This document shows positions 49,780 to 59,670 of a DNA stretch of 64,000 nt, one piece after another. The notes under the pieces were generated by a model. The model saw only the letters and a program-made list of their open reading frames with translations, did no database searches and was not told the DNA's origin. A program made the position numbers and the translations under genes. Source of the DNA: an uncultured Acidobacteriota bacterium (GTDB lineage: Bacteria > Acidobacteriota > Blastocatellia > RBC074); the NCBI GenBank assembly GCA_963796275.1, contig CAWCKY010000001.1, positions 1,216,001-1,280,000 on the forward strand, read 5' to 3'. Position 1 is the stretch's first letter, and every line of letters starts with the position of its first letter.

Positions 49780-51000
49780 ATGGCATTTAAATATCGCCGG
49801 TTCAATAAGTCGCACTGGCTGACCTCTACCGTCTTCGGTATCGGGATGGCGTCATTTTTCAGCGATCTCAGCCATGAGACGGCGACCTCGGTACTACCTG
49901 CGCTTCTTGCTTCGATGGGAGTGGCAGCTGGCGCACTCGGAACGATCGAGGGTGTTGCTGACGGTTTTTCAAGTGCGGCCAAGCTCTACGGAGGTTGGTT
50001 GTCCGATCGACTTCAGCATCGCAAGCCCCTTTGCGCATTCGGTTACGGAGTGATGGCTATCGCCACAGGAATCATCGCTTTCGCAACGACCTGGGTTCTG
50101 GTGCTGGTTGGTCGTAGCCTCGCCTGGATCGCACGCGGTTTGCGCACACCGGCTCGCAAAGCGCTGCTGGCTGAAGCCGTTACGCCGCAGACGTACGGAC
50201 GCGCCTTTGGCTTCGAGCGCACGATGGACACACTCGGGGCGGTCGTTGCGCCGCTCATTTCACTGGGATTGTTGAGCCTCGGACTGGTTCACCGGCAATT
50301 GCTCTGGATTTCTGTGATTCCCGCATTGCTTGCGGTTGCCTCCATACTTTTCCTGGTGCGTGAAACGAAGGATCGTATACCGAGCCCGCATCCATTCCTC
50401 GCATCAATGCGTGGTCTACCAAAACGATTCATACGGTTTCTTTATGGGGTTGGGTTATTCGGTGCGGGAGACTTTGCGCATTCGCTTATGATTCTCTACG
50501 CAGTGGCGGCCATCACGCCAAGGCTGGGCGCGGCAGGTGCCGCATCTGTCAGCGTCGGTCTCTATGCCCTCCACAATCTGGTTTATGCGGGCGTCTCTTA
50601 CCCATCGGGCGTGCTGGCGGACCGAATGAACAAGCGTCTTCTACTTGCCTTTGGTTATGGGCTTGGCGCGGTGACGGCGATTCTGTTTGCTCTCGGAATC
50701 AGCTCCTTGCCGCTACTGGCTCTCGCCTTCATTTTGGGCGGGGCTTACGTCGGCATCGAAGAGACCTTGGAGGACTCACTCGCCGCCGAACTGTTACCTG
50801 AGACGATACGGGGCACGGGGTTCGGCACTATGGCGGTCGTTAACGGCATGGGAGATTTCGTCAGCAGCCTCTGCGTAGGTTGGTTATGGGCAGTCTTCGG
50901 TCCGGCGGTCGGATTCGGCTTCGCAGTTGCGCTAATGGGAGCGGGTGCTGCGGTCGTTTGGATAACTAGTAAGCGTCCCGGCATCGCGGGTGAAGCGTAA
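49780..51000 (+). CDS. MFS transporter
   Basis: SFFSDLSHE, GWLSDRL..RK, GRAFGFERTMDT; 12-TM pattern; start uncertain (49723 or 49780). Confidence 0.88.
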   Translation: MAFKYRRFNKSHWLTSTVFGIGMASFFSDLSHETATSVLPALLASMGVAAGALGTIEGVADGFSSAAKLYGGWLSDRLQHRKPLCAFGYGVMAIATGIIAFATTWVLVLVGRSLAWIARGLRTPARKALLAEAVTPQTYGRAFGFERTMDTLGAVVAPLISLGLLSLGLVHRQLLWISVIPALLAVASILFLVRETKDRIPSPHPFLASMRGLPKRFIRFLYGVGLFGAGDFAHSLMILYAVAAITPRLGAAGAASVSVGLYALHNLVYAGVSYPSGVLADRMNKRLLLAFGYGLGAVTAILFALGISSLPLLALAFILGGAYVGIEETLEDSLAAELLPETIRGTGFGTMAVVNGMGDFVSSLCVGWLWAVFGPAVGFGFAVALMGAGAAVVWITSKRPGIAGEA

Positions 51001-51159
51001 TTTTCAAGTGTAGATTGTAAAGATTACGTCCGTAGCTCTTAGTCTACGGCACGAGGACACATCCTGTAGAACTTCGACTCGCGCATTGCCCGCAGCCGGT
51101 TCAAGCAATATGGACAACTCCTCGGACGCAGTTCGTAAGCTTCTATCCCATTTATTTAA

Positions 51160-52566
51160 TCACTTCGTCGCTGCGCCGTTGAGCAATTCCGTGAATGGCC
51201 TTCCCTCCGGTTCTGGGAGCTTCAGTTTTAACAAACTTGCAATGGATGGGGCCAGATCGATCATCCGCGCCAGAGGCATCTTCGCGCCGCTTCGCACGCC
51301 CGGCCCGTAAATGATCAGCGATGCGCGCATCCGAGGGTCGGTCGGAAGGTAGCCGTGCGTTCCTTTGTATGTTTCCCCGGAATCGCGCACTTCCGCTCCG
51401 GTCAGCGTGTCGTCGAAGGAATATCCCGGGGCGGCTTCCAGCATCAGCGCCGCCTGGGGGACCGCTTCCATCTTGCGAAGTTCGTTGCGTGTGACTATCT
51501 GTTTGATCGGGCTATTTTCCTCCTTCGCCCATTTGGAGAAGATGGCGTTGACCTTCGCTTCGGTCTCCTTGTCATTCGTGTCCTTCAAGATTATGGCGCA
51601 TGAACCGCCCGCGGGCCACGATGCAGCCTTCCACGCCGTTGCCTTTCCCGCCGCGTCGAGCGTGATCAATCCTTCTTTGGCCAACGGCACGTTGGGCGAG
51701 AAGCGCTTACTGATACTGGCGAAACCGTGATCGGAGACGATGAAGAAAGTCGTCCTCTCGAAGATGCCGGCCTGTTTGGTCGCTTCTAGGATGCGACCAA
51801 TGTACCCGTCTTCGCGCTCGGCCATTTCGATGCCGGGTTTCGTACGAGGACCGTTGCGGTGGTGCGTGCCGTCCAGTTCGATCAGATGAAGCAAAAGCAG
51901 GTTGGGGCGATAGTTTTTGATGATGAACTCGCTAACCGAAGTCAAGCGCTCATCAACGCTACTGTCTTTCTTCAGATCGGGTCCGAGCGCCTTCTCCAGA
52001 AGTCCCGGCGTTGAGTGTTTGGCTGTCCACTTCCACGTCGGCGGATTTTCGCCCGGTTCGAAAATCTCCGGAACGTTGTAATCGATCTCTGCGTCCACCG
52101 TCACGGGCCAACCGACGGCGGCGGTGGTAAGCCGCGCTTTCTTAGCGACCGTCCAGAGCGTTTCCGCCGTCAGCGCTTTTGCGTACCAGTACCAGTATCG
52201 CGTCTGCGGTTCACTCGGAGCTTCGAAGATGCGGTTTTGGACGATGCCGTGCGCCGCCGGCCGCAATCCGGTCACCATCGTTGTATGCTGTGGATAGGTC
52301 ACCGTAGGATAGACTCCCTCCATACCTTCTGCGTATGCGCCGCCCTGTTTCATCAGTGTCAGCGTCGGTACGCGCAGCCCCAGCTTCTCCGGGGCGGTGT
52401 AATAATCCGGCGGCATGCCATCCACCGAAATCAGTATGACGTGATCCGGGCGCTGGGCTTGTGTCGTTTGGCTGGCGCTCAACGCCTGGCCAAAGTCGAT
52501 GATCGATCCGCACACGAGCAGCAGAACTGCCACCGCTGTTATGCATGAACGAAGTGCTCTGGTCAT
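51160..52566 (-). CDS. Alkaline phosphatase superfamily nucleotide pyrophosphatase/phosphodiesterase
   Basis: LISVDG, PTVTYPQHTTMVTG, IVSDHGF, GTHGY; start placed at MTRAL. Confidence 0.88.
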   Translation of the reverse strand: MTRALRSCITAVAVLLLVCGSIIDFGQALSASQTTQAQRPDHVILISVDGMPPDYYTAPEKLGLRVPTLTLMKQGGAYAEGMEGVYPTVTYPQHTTMVTGLRPAAHGIVQNRIFEAPSEPQTRYWYWYAKALTAETLWTVAKKARLTTAAVGWPVTVDAEIDYNVPEIFEPGENPPTWKWTAKHSTPGLLEKALGPDLKKDSSVDERLTSVSEFIIKNYRPNLLLLHLIELDGTHHRNGPRTKPGIEMAEREDGYIGRILEATKQAGIFERTTFFIVSDHGFASISKRFSPNVPLAKEGLITLDAAGKATAWKAASWPAGGSCAIILKDTNDKETEAKVNAIFSKWAKEENSPIKQIVTRNELRKMEAVPQAALMLEAAPGYSFDDTLTGAEVRDSGETYKGTHGYLPTDPRMRASLIIYGPGVRSGAKMPLARMIDLAPSIASLLKLKLPEPEGRPFTELLNGAATK

Positions 52567-52720
52567 AACCGTTCGCTCCTTATCTATGTTGTATATATGC
52601 TGTGCAATTGAATGTGGCGCGATGGTAAGGCATGGCACTCATGCAGTAAAGCTTTCACCAATCGCTGCAAGCGTGTTTCAGATATCCGAATAATTCCTCT
52701 ATGCTGAGCATGGTTATGTT

Positions 52721-53119
52721 ATGAGCAGATCAAATAAGGGTTTTGACCTCGAAAAATTCTTCGTCGCGCTTTCCGATCGCAATCGTCTACGCCTGATTAA
52801 CCTGTTAGGGGACGATGAGGTTTGTGTGTGCTTCTTCACCGAAGTCTTGAAGATGCCACAGCCGAGGGTCTCGCGGCACCTCGCCTACCTGCGCCGCGCG
52901 GGGATAGTGGCGGCGCGTCGAGAAGGGAAATGGATGCACTATCGCCTCCTTCCTCCGGCCGACGAACACGCCTCGCAGATCCTTCAAAACGTGCGTGAAT
53001 ATCTGGCGAGCAATCGGGAGATGCAGCAGGATCGGGCGAGGCTGATCAAGGTTTGCTGCGCGCCTACGCTCCCGGTGCAATTGCAGGGCGCGCCACTACC
53101 CGCGAGTCTACAAGCCTGA
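52721..53119 (+). CDS. ArsR/SmtB family transcriptional regulator
   Basis: ALSDRNRLRLI, EVCVC, QPRVSRHLAYLRRAG, REGKWMHY. Confidence 0.92.
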   Translation: MSRSNKGFDLEKFFVALSDRNRLRLINLLGDDEVCVCFFTEVLKMPQPRVSRHLAYLRRAGIVAARREGKWMHYRLLPPADEHASQILQNVREYLASNREMQQDRARLIKVCCAPTLPVQLQGAPLPASLQA

Positions 53120-53564
53120 GTGAAACTTTATTTCGGTATGAAAACCGGCCGCCGGACAGCTGGAAAGTTCGAGGCGGAAGAATTTGTTGAATCAAATCTG
53201 CCGTGAGTATAACAACTGCAAACTGAGATTATATCCGGCGTCGCACCTATGCCGCCGAACCTGGTCGAGAACATCCTGCAAAACGTTTTCATTGGCCGTT
53301 TTCAGGTTGGAGACGCGACATTGGTCATATGTTGAGTATGATATCGTCGGTAACGCTCGAGCCGATAACCATCAAAATCCACACGCGCGCTTAGGTTGAG
53401 ACCGAGGAAGTATTTTCATGTCCTCGCATCAAAAATTAATTTGAATCGAAACGTATCATAATCGGTTTGAGGATATATAATATTTATGATTTTGTCCCTA
53501 CTCACTTGAATACCAGTACTGTATCTGTATCTACATTAACCCCGTTACATAAAAGGACTTCCTA

Positions 53565-54611
53565 ATGTATTTCAAGAGACATCTTCGAAGAACTACCCTG
53601 CTTTTACTCGCATCGTTAGTGATCAGTTCTACACTCATTCAGATCGCCGCTCAGAATTCACCCCAATCGCCACAACCAATTCCTGCCGTTCAACAGACCG
53701 GCGATCAATCGCAAAAACCGGGCCGCCCGGGGAAAGAGAGTGAGCCGCAGGATCTCAGCAGTGAAACAATCAAGATCGACACTGAATTGGTTCAGCTCGA
53801 TGTCACCGTGATTGACCAGAATAACAATCCTATATTTGGTTTGGGTAAGAATGACTTTACGGTTTATGAAGATAAAGTGAAGCAGCAGATAGAGTCTGTC
53901 AATCGTGAGGAGATTCCCGTCAGCTTTGGTATTGTCATCGATACCTCCGGCAGTATGCGTAATAGGCTTCAGACTATCACGGACGCATCGGTCGCTTTGA
54001 TTAAACAGAAACGAGCTGAGGATGAGGGGTTTGTCGTTCAATTTAAGGCTGAACCCGAAATAGTTCAACCATTCACCCAGGACGAGAGTGATCTGCAGTC
54101 CGCCCTGGAAGAACTTTACACTAGTGGTCCCACCGCCTTACTCGACGCCATCATCCATTCCTCTGATTACGCCAATAAAAATGGGAAACAGCGACGCAAA
54201 GCGATTGTCGTCATCAGCGATGGGCTGGAGAAAAACAGCGCAGTAAAGGAAAAAGAAGTGTTAGCCGCGATCAAAGAGAATGAAGTGCAACTCTATATGA
54301 TCGGCTTCCTCGACAAGGAAGAGGCAACCAATCCCTTCTATAAATCTCCGAGGCAGAAAGCCAAAGACTTGCTGGAAAATCTGGCCAACGATTCAGGCGG
54401 TCGCGCCTTTTTTCCCAAGGACATCAGTGAAATACCAGCGATTGCCGCCCAAATCGCCAAAGGTCTCCGCACCCAATATGTCGTCAGTTATTATCCCGCC
54501 AATACTGCGCGGGACGGGACGTTCCGCATAGTGCAGGTGGAAGTTAACAAAGACAACCAGACAATGATTGCTCGTTCGCGAGTGGGATACTACGCGCAAG
54601 CAGATAAATAA
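53565..54611 (+). CDS. VWA domain protein (acidobacterial VWFA-related)
   Basis: MIDAS motif [23 protein letters not shown]; signal peptide. Confidence 0.9.
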   Translation: MYFKRHLRRTTLLLLASLVISSTLIQIAAQNSPQSPQPIPAVQQTGDQSQKPGRPGKESEPQDLSSETIKIDTELVQLDVTVIDQNNNPIFGLGKNDFTVYEDKVKQQIESVNREEIPVSFGIVIDTSGSMRNRLQTITDASVALIKQKRAEDEGFVVQFKAEPEIVQPFTQDESDLQSALEELYTSGPTALLDAIIHSSDYANKNGKQRRKAIVVISDGLEKNSAVKEKEVLAAIKENEVQLYMIGFLDKEEATNPFYKSPRQKAKDLLENLANDSGGRAFFPKDISEIPAIAAQIAKGLRTQYVVSYYPANTARDGTFRIVQVEVNKDNQTMIARSRVGYYAQADK

Positions 54612-54789
54612 CCTGACTTCATTGCTAACCAAACAGAATCGAAAACGAAGGTCGACTGCGTCGTCGTATATAAAAGAGTGTCCGCATCCTGCGCGAAAAA
54701 CTTATTCCCAGAAAATACTTCAAGATACGAGTGGGCCATCGATTGGACAGGCGTTTTGATGTTAGCGCAGTACGCCGCCAGGCATCAGA

Positions 54790-55911
54790 TCATGGCCTTG
54801 AGCGGCCGAACATACGGCACACTAGCTCGGTACCTATGGCGCTGGTCATGAGGCGTTCTTTGCTGTCACCGAGTAATCGTTGCGTCCAGTTGACGAAACC
54901 GCCGTCAGCGAGCGCAAACTGCTCGCCGCGATCGTTCTTCGCTTTTATGTGAAAACAAGGGCCTTCGTAATATCCGAGTCCGGTCAGACGATATAGATTG
55001 AAACTCAAGCGGACTCCTTCGCGCTCCTCGCGCAATGGAGCGCATACATATTGTTCGAGCAAACCCATCTGTACTAGTAAATGCTTGGGTAAATCGAATT
55101 GCGCCAGATTCTCACTGGGCACAGCGAATGATCTGGGCCATGCGCTCGAGAGCTTCTCGATCAAGCGCTCCGAACTTGTATAGTCGCTCGCGCGCACGAA
55201 TGTTCTTATTTCATCTCTGCTAATCCCGAACACAGAGCAGAGATGCGCGACTACGCGCGTGTCGGAAAGTTCGACCTCAATATCTTCGAACCCGAAGTCC
55301 ATTGCCGACAACTTTTTCAAAAGTGTCAGGTAATATCCGATATGGTCTCCAAGGGCGGCCGTCTCAAATGAAAAAGATCCCGTGTCGCGCGCCGCGCTCA
55401 CCAAGCTGAATAGCTTGAAATGGGCGGTAAAACCCGCCGTCTTTGGCGCCGGAAATCTGACCACTCGCTGGCTGGCGCATAGTCGGGTAGTCTCTTTTCT
55501 GCTCTTGATATCTTTGCGGCGGCGAACGCACTCAAGCGCTAATCCAACGGTCGGATCAGCGGCGCATTCATATGCCCTGATCGAGCTTAAGACATTTCCT
55601 TGATCCAGCCCAGTGAGTGTCGCGATCGCCCCCAGCGGAGTCAGGGGTGACAACTCCATCGCTTCGAATTGCGGCGCAACACTATAACTAACATGTTCCA
55701 CTTCGTTCAGTAGCCGTCCGTCTAATCCACAGGGTTGAGTAACCATGTGGGAACGCGTCAGGTGAGATGATTCGATCTTACCGACTCGCCTCTTTAAAAC
55801 TGTAAGCAGTAAAGAATGAAGCTCCGCCCCCGAGAGTTTTTCTGAAAGAAGGTCGACCAGATCGTCTACTCCCAAGTCTCTGATAATTCGCTGCGCTATC
55901 TGTTCGCTCAT
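54790..55911 (-). CDS. Hypothetical protein, possible class II aminoacyl-tRNA synthetase catalytic-core paralog
   Basis: 373-aa ORF; QRVVRF..HF, GLGYYEG..F, ADGG and SAIGTE resemble HisRS/HisZ motif 2 and motif 3 regions. Confidence 0.6.
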   Translation of the reverse strand: MSEQIAQRIIRDLGVDDLVDLLSEKLSGAELHSLLLTVLKRRVGKIESSHLTRSHMVTQPCGLDGRLLNEVEHVSYSVAPQFEAMELSPLTPLGAIATLTGLDQGNVLSSIRAYECAADPTVGLALECVRRRKDIKSRKETTRLCASQRVVRFPAPKTAGFTAHFKLFSLVSAARDTGSFSFETAALGDHIGYYLTLLKKLSAMDFGFEDIEVELSDTRVVAHLCSVFGISRDEIRTFVRASDYTSSERLIEKLSSAWPRSFAVPSENLAQFDLPKHLLVQMGLLEQYVCAPLREEREGVRLSFNLYRLTGLGYYEGPCFHIKAKNDRGEQFALADGGFVNWTQRLLGDSKERLMTSAIGTELVCRMFGRSRP

Positions 55912-56138
55912 GATTTCAAGTCTATCTCTGTTAAAAAAATGATGTAAGCGGTATGGATTGAATGTTGGCCTTCAACGGATTTGTTTGACAAATTGGTCAC
56001 GTCTGCTCTGCTCAAAAGTTTCACGATTCACTCCTGAGAAAGGTGCGCAAAAATCGATTCGCAATTGAACGCGTGAGTGAATCGTGTGTAAATGAAAATA
56101 GCCACCGATGAGGTGGCTGTAACACTTTGTGTTTTTTA

Positions 56139-56184
56139 GGTGGGCCAGGACGGAATCGAACCGCCGGCGCACGGATTTTCAGTC
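56139..56184 (-). pseudogene. tRNA-Phe 3' half remnant (att-like)
   Basis: Reverse complement GACTGAAAATCCGTGCGCCGGCGGTTCGATTCCGTCCTGGCCCACC contains the GAA anticodon loop, T-arm and acceptor 3' strand; no D-arm or 5' acceptor strand upstream. Confidence 0.75.
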
Positions 56185-56288
56185 GTGTGGTCAATCAGCG
56201 AACTGAATTGAAAATAAAAGAGAGCCCTGGGTACACAGCAAAGTAGACGAATGTCTGAAAAGCCCCTACCTGTCTGATCCGTTTAGAA

Positions 56289-56320
56289 CCCCACTATAAC
56301 GCGTTAGCGTCATAGTGGGG
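56289..56320. terminator. Hairpin downstream of the lasso precursor
   Basis: CCCCACTAT...ATAGTGGGG stem. Confidence 0.5.
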
Positions 56321-56344
56321 AGGAGTAACTTCCTGCGCTACCTT

Positions 56345-56370
56345 CCTTCAACTGGATAACCAGTTGAAGG
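56345..56370 (-). terminator. Stem-loop immediately after the lasso precursor stop
   Basis: Perfect 11-bp stem CCTTCAACTGG-ataa-CCAGTTGAAGG. Confidence 0.65.
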
Positions 56371-56373
56371 ATG

Positions 56374-56544
56374 TTAAGCTTCCTCGTCTTCGTAGATTGC
56401 GAACGGCTGCCAATAGTATCCGGGAGAGGCGGCAAATTCTCGCGGGCCTCGCGGCGCGTTTTCTTGAATCAATTCGCTGGCAGAACCAAGTTCGACGATA
56501 TCTATTTCCAGAGGTTCTGTACTATTTTGTTCTTGAGGTTCCAT
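56374..56544 (-). CDS. Lasso peptide precursor (A), 56 aa
   Basis: Below the ORF-track cutoff. AAAGGAG RBS; MEPQEQNSTEPLEIDIVELGSASELIQENAPRGPREFAASPGYYWQPFAIYEDEEA; leader motif IVELGSASEL; acceptor Glu; follows the cyclase on the same strand. Confidence 0.82.
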   Translation of the reverse strand: MEPQEQNSTEPLEIDIVELGSASELIQENAPRGPREFAASPGYYWQPFAIYEDEEA

Positions 56545-56681
56545 ACTATTCTCCTTTCTGTTATTTGTAGCATCACCTGAGTGGCGCGATGCGTGATTTA
56601 AACTCCGAGGGGGTAATTCGTCAACCTCCGTAGAAGTTTGTTAGTGAAACAATGGCGAAATCTAGTCGGGATCGGAACATC

Positions 56682-58637
56682 TCATGCTCCCTCAAATTGA
56701 GTCGAAGGCGCGTTGCTTCTTCCGGCGTAGTGATGTTCTATTGAGCGCAACCAAATCTCCAAAGATACAACATTGGAAAAAGCATCCAGCTCGAGCTCTA
56801 TGCCATGCCGAGCCTTATCAAGCGCCGACATCATCTCTTTATAATCAACATACCCGCGTCTGACTACGCGCGCATCATCGAGCATCGATTTAATTGCGAC
56901 CCATTCCTGCGCCAGACCGCGACAGAGTGTTTCGCTGACCGATCCTTTGCCTTTTCGCCGGAGGATTGTATCGGGCAGGATATCTTTTAGGGCTCTGCGC
57001 ATTAAAGGTCTAGTCTCGATCGGTTGGAGTTTCTGCTCGAGGGGAATGGCCATCACGAATTCCACCAGCGGGCGATGCAGAAATGGAAAAGTCTTGACGT
57101 AGCTGTGCGGATCACGATGCCCCCACGTGAGAGCAGAAATCGCATACATTAGTGATGAAGCTTGTGCCTGCTGGCTCGGCAAGCGATAACCGAACGGATC
57201 AGCGGGCAGGAGTAAGCGCGCAATAAAATCGGTCCTTTTGGCGAAATCTCGATTTACCCAGGCGGGAATCCGAAATTGATTCTGCAATCTTGCCTTGATC
57301 GAGGTGGACAGAAATGGGACCACGCCTTCCTGCCATAAGAGATCCCAATAAGTTTTGCGCAAAATTTGACTCCACTCCTGTAGTCGTCTATGCAGTCTAA
57401 GGGGTTTTATTCGATATATTAGTATCCCTATCTGTGCTGCGGGCGCGGGCGCGCTCCATAACAACTGGTCCCCGCCGAGCCCGCTCAAAAGGATGCGCGC
57501 CCCTTCCGCATTCATCGCACGCCCCACATGCGCCTGCGCTCCGTAAGTGCACAAACTTGCGCTCGGCCTCTCTATGAATTCGTCTTTCGGAGACGCTAAA
57601 TGAATCCAATGTCCCCGTCGCAAGAAGTGATACCCGGTTTCGCCACGCTTCTTCTCAACCGCCTCAATAAAACGGCGATCATAAGAGGTCTCTCCGTCAT
57701 CCAGATAAGAGATCGTTTTTAAATGCATTGCCTGACGGCTTTCTTCCGCCAGGATCCTGTCTGCCATGCAAACTATGGACGACGAATCCAATCCACCGCT
57801 TAATTCCGCCCATACGGGCCCATCCGCTCGCAAGCGACATCGCACTGCCTCCCGAAACAATTGGCGGAAGTGGTCCGCATATTCCTCATCTCGTTGATAA
57901 CGTATCTCTTTTTCCGTATCAGGCCGCCAGAATCTATGAGTTCGCACCTGGCCCTTATGAACAGACACGACAAAACCCGGTTCCACCGAAAAAACCTTGC
58001 GATATGGCGTGCGATATAATTCTGGAAATATTGCCAAATAGCCTGCGACAAACTCATCGTCAACCTCCAACTCGATGCCGGATGACTTGATCAATGCCTC
58101 AAGCGTCGACGACCAAATAAGCCCGCTATTGTCGGCGTGATAGTAGAGCGGACGGACGCCGAATGGGTCGCGTGCTAATAGCAGCGTTTTCGTTGCGTTC
58201 GTCCATAAAGCTAGCGCGAAATCGCCGATTATCTGCTGCAAGAAAGTTTTATCCCATTTGAGATAAGAGGACATCACCAGCGCAACATCAGTGGTGTCTC
58301 CGTTCAAGCCGTGGGGGAAATATCTTAGCAGGTCGTCACGATTGTCCAGACGACCATCCCATACGAGGATATCCCCCTGCGGTGAAACTAACGGCTGAAT
58401 TTCGAGTCGCGATTCTAGATCGGTAGGAAAAGCGCGAAAACAAAGACCGACGGAATCCTGTATCACTTGGCGCCCACCATCCGGCCCTCGTGGAATCAAG
58501 TCGCCGCTTAATCTAACCAGGGTACTTGTATTAATTGGCCCGTCGTTGAAGTTGATCAGCCCGCCGATTCCGCTCATAAAGTACCTTAGCAGTGGAGAAA
58601 AAATCTGTCTTGATATCAGCCGATAAACCGGACTCAT
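56682..58637 (-). CDS. Lasso peptide macrolactam synthetase (C; asparagine synthetase-like)
   Basis: MSGIGG (no catalytic Cys; alternative start 58577), WDGRLDNR, ARDPFG.RPLYY, ELSGGLDSSSI, SGLGGDQ, PFLHRPLVEF. Confidence 0.9.
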   Translation of the reverse strand: MSPVYRLISRQIFSPLLRYFMSGIGGLINFNDGPINTSTLVRLSGDLIPRGPDGGRQVIQDSVGLCFRAFPTDLESRLEIQPLVSPQGDILVWDGRLDNRDDLLRYFPHGLNGDTTDVALVMSSYLKWDKTFLQQIIGDFALALWTNATKTLLLARDPFGVRPLYYHADNSGLIWSSTLEALIKSSGIELEVDDEFVAGYLAIFPELYRTPYRKVFSVEPGFVVSVHKGQVRTHRFWRPDTEKEIRYQRDEEYADHFRQLFREAVRCRLRADGPVWAELSGGLDSSSIVCMADRILAEESRQAMHLKTISYLDDGETSYDRRFIEAVEKKRGETGYHFLRRGHWIHLASPKDEFIERPSASLCTYGAQAHVGRAMNAEGARILLSGLGGDQLLWSAPAPAAQIGILIYRIKPLRLHRRLQEWSQILRKTYWDLLWQEGVVPFLSTSIKARLQNQFRIPAWVNRDFAKRTDFIARLLLPADPFGYRLPSQQAQASSLMYAISALTWGHRDPHSYVKTFPFLHRPLVEFVMAIPLEQKLQPIETRPLMRRALKDILPDTILRRKGKGSVSETLCRGLAQEWVAIKSMLDDARVVRRGYVDYKEMMSALDKARHGIELELDAFSNVVSLEIWLRSIEHHYAGRSNAPSTQFEGA

Positions 58638-59398
58638 CAGGAACGGCTTAGGGCGTGAAAGAACGTCTGTACTTTCGGGTGATCGTTGACCACCTCTCCT
58701 TGAACTTCGACCCAGGCATGTCCATAAAAGGGCATTTTATGAATGCCAATGACCATTTCAGCAGGCGCGCCAATGCTTCGCAGCAGACAAGTGGTCGCCG
58801 CTGAACGTTGCAGACAGAGAGATTTTTTAGAGTACCAGGTGCAGGCGCGGACCAGTCTCGAGCAGATATATGCAATCATCTCAGAATCTGGAGCCCCGCC
58901 GTTAATCGGCCAACCGGACACGATGCGCCGAAGTGCGTTAATGCCGATCAGTTTGAGCACCGCATCCACTATCAAGAGTGCGACCAGAGCAGCAGGAATG
59001 TGAAGTTTCAGCTTTAAAAGTATCTCAATCAGGAAGCGCAATCCGTTCACTACACGTTGAGTCACTATCCCGCCGAGCCATTGGACGTCGACACTCGCTG
59101 ATATCGCAGAAGATTGCAGGAGCCCTTTCTCAGTCAACTTATTGATAAGTTCGTCAACGATCGACCCAATACGTGACGGCACAGAGGCATTGATCTCCGT
59201 ACTTGCAGCGCTAACGAGCTCTGCACGCGACAGACCGGAGTCGCTTGTTGCGATCTTGTGCAGAATTAACGCACCCGTTTTGTTGATGCTCAGGACCTTA
59301 TCTTGTCCGAAGTCGAGTAGTATGCACCCGTCCTCAGTGACTGGTGAGACATAGACATTCGGAGCTAACCGAATCTTCGTGAGGGGTGAAGGTGTCAT
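58637..59398 (-). CDS. Lasso peptide fused B1-B2 (RRE + leader peptidase)
   Basis: PqqD-like N-terminus (ILLD...SINKTGALIL); C-terminal CLQRS..HAWVE..VND Cys-His-Asp transglutaminase-like motifs. Confidence 0.92.
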   Translation of the reverse strand: MTPSPLTKIRLAPNVYVSPVTEDGCILLDFGQDKVLSINKTGALILHKIATSDSGLSRAELVSAASTEINASVPSRIGSIVDELINKLTEKGLLQSSAISASVDVQWLGGIVTQRVVNGLRFLIEILLKLKLHIPAALVALLIVDAVLKLIGINALRRIVSGWPINGGAPDSEMIAYICSRLVRACTWYSKKSLCLQRSAATTCLLRSIGAPAEMVIGIHKMPFYGHAWVEVQGEVVNDHPKVQTFFHALSRS

Positions 59399-59571
59399 AC
59401 GTACAAGGTAATTCGGATAGATTTCGCTCGATCAATAGAATTAACCATCAGGCTACACATTAAAGAAGATATATAGCTGTAATGCAACAGAGCCGGAGGT
59501 GAATGTATAGGTATGTAAAGTTGAATGAAAACGGCCACCCTTTGGCGGCCGTAAACTGTTTATTCTATTGA

Positions 59572-59616
59572 TGGCCAGGGGACGGTATCGAACCGTCGAC
59601 ATACGGAGTTTAAGCC
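59572..59616 (-). pseudogene. Second, more degenerate tRNA-Phe-like 3' half remnant
   Basis: Reverse complement GGCTTAAACTCCGTATGTCGACGGTTCGATACCGTCCCCTGGCCA; direct repeat of 56139-56184, including the adjacent hairpin. Confidence 0.6.
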
Positions 59617-59670
59617 GGGTGGCCAAACAGTGAACAGAAAGTGGGATACCACAAACTATCACCAATGCCA

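Noticed and set aside
56139-56215. Intact tRNA-Phe
   Set aside because: Only the anticodon-to-3' half is present; no D-arm or matching 5' acceptor strand
56364-56580. + strand ORFs 56364..56570 and 56371..56580
   Set aside because: Antisense to the better-supported lasso precursor, which has an RBS, leader motif and terminator
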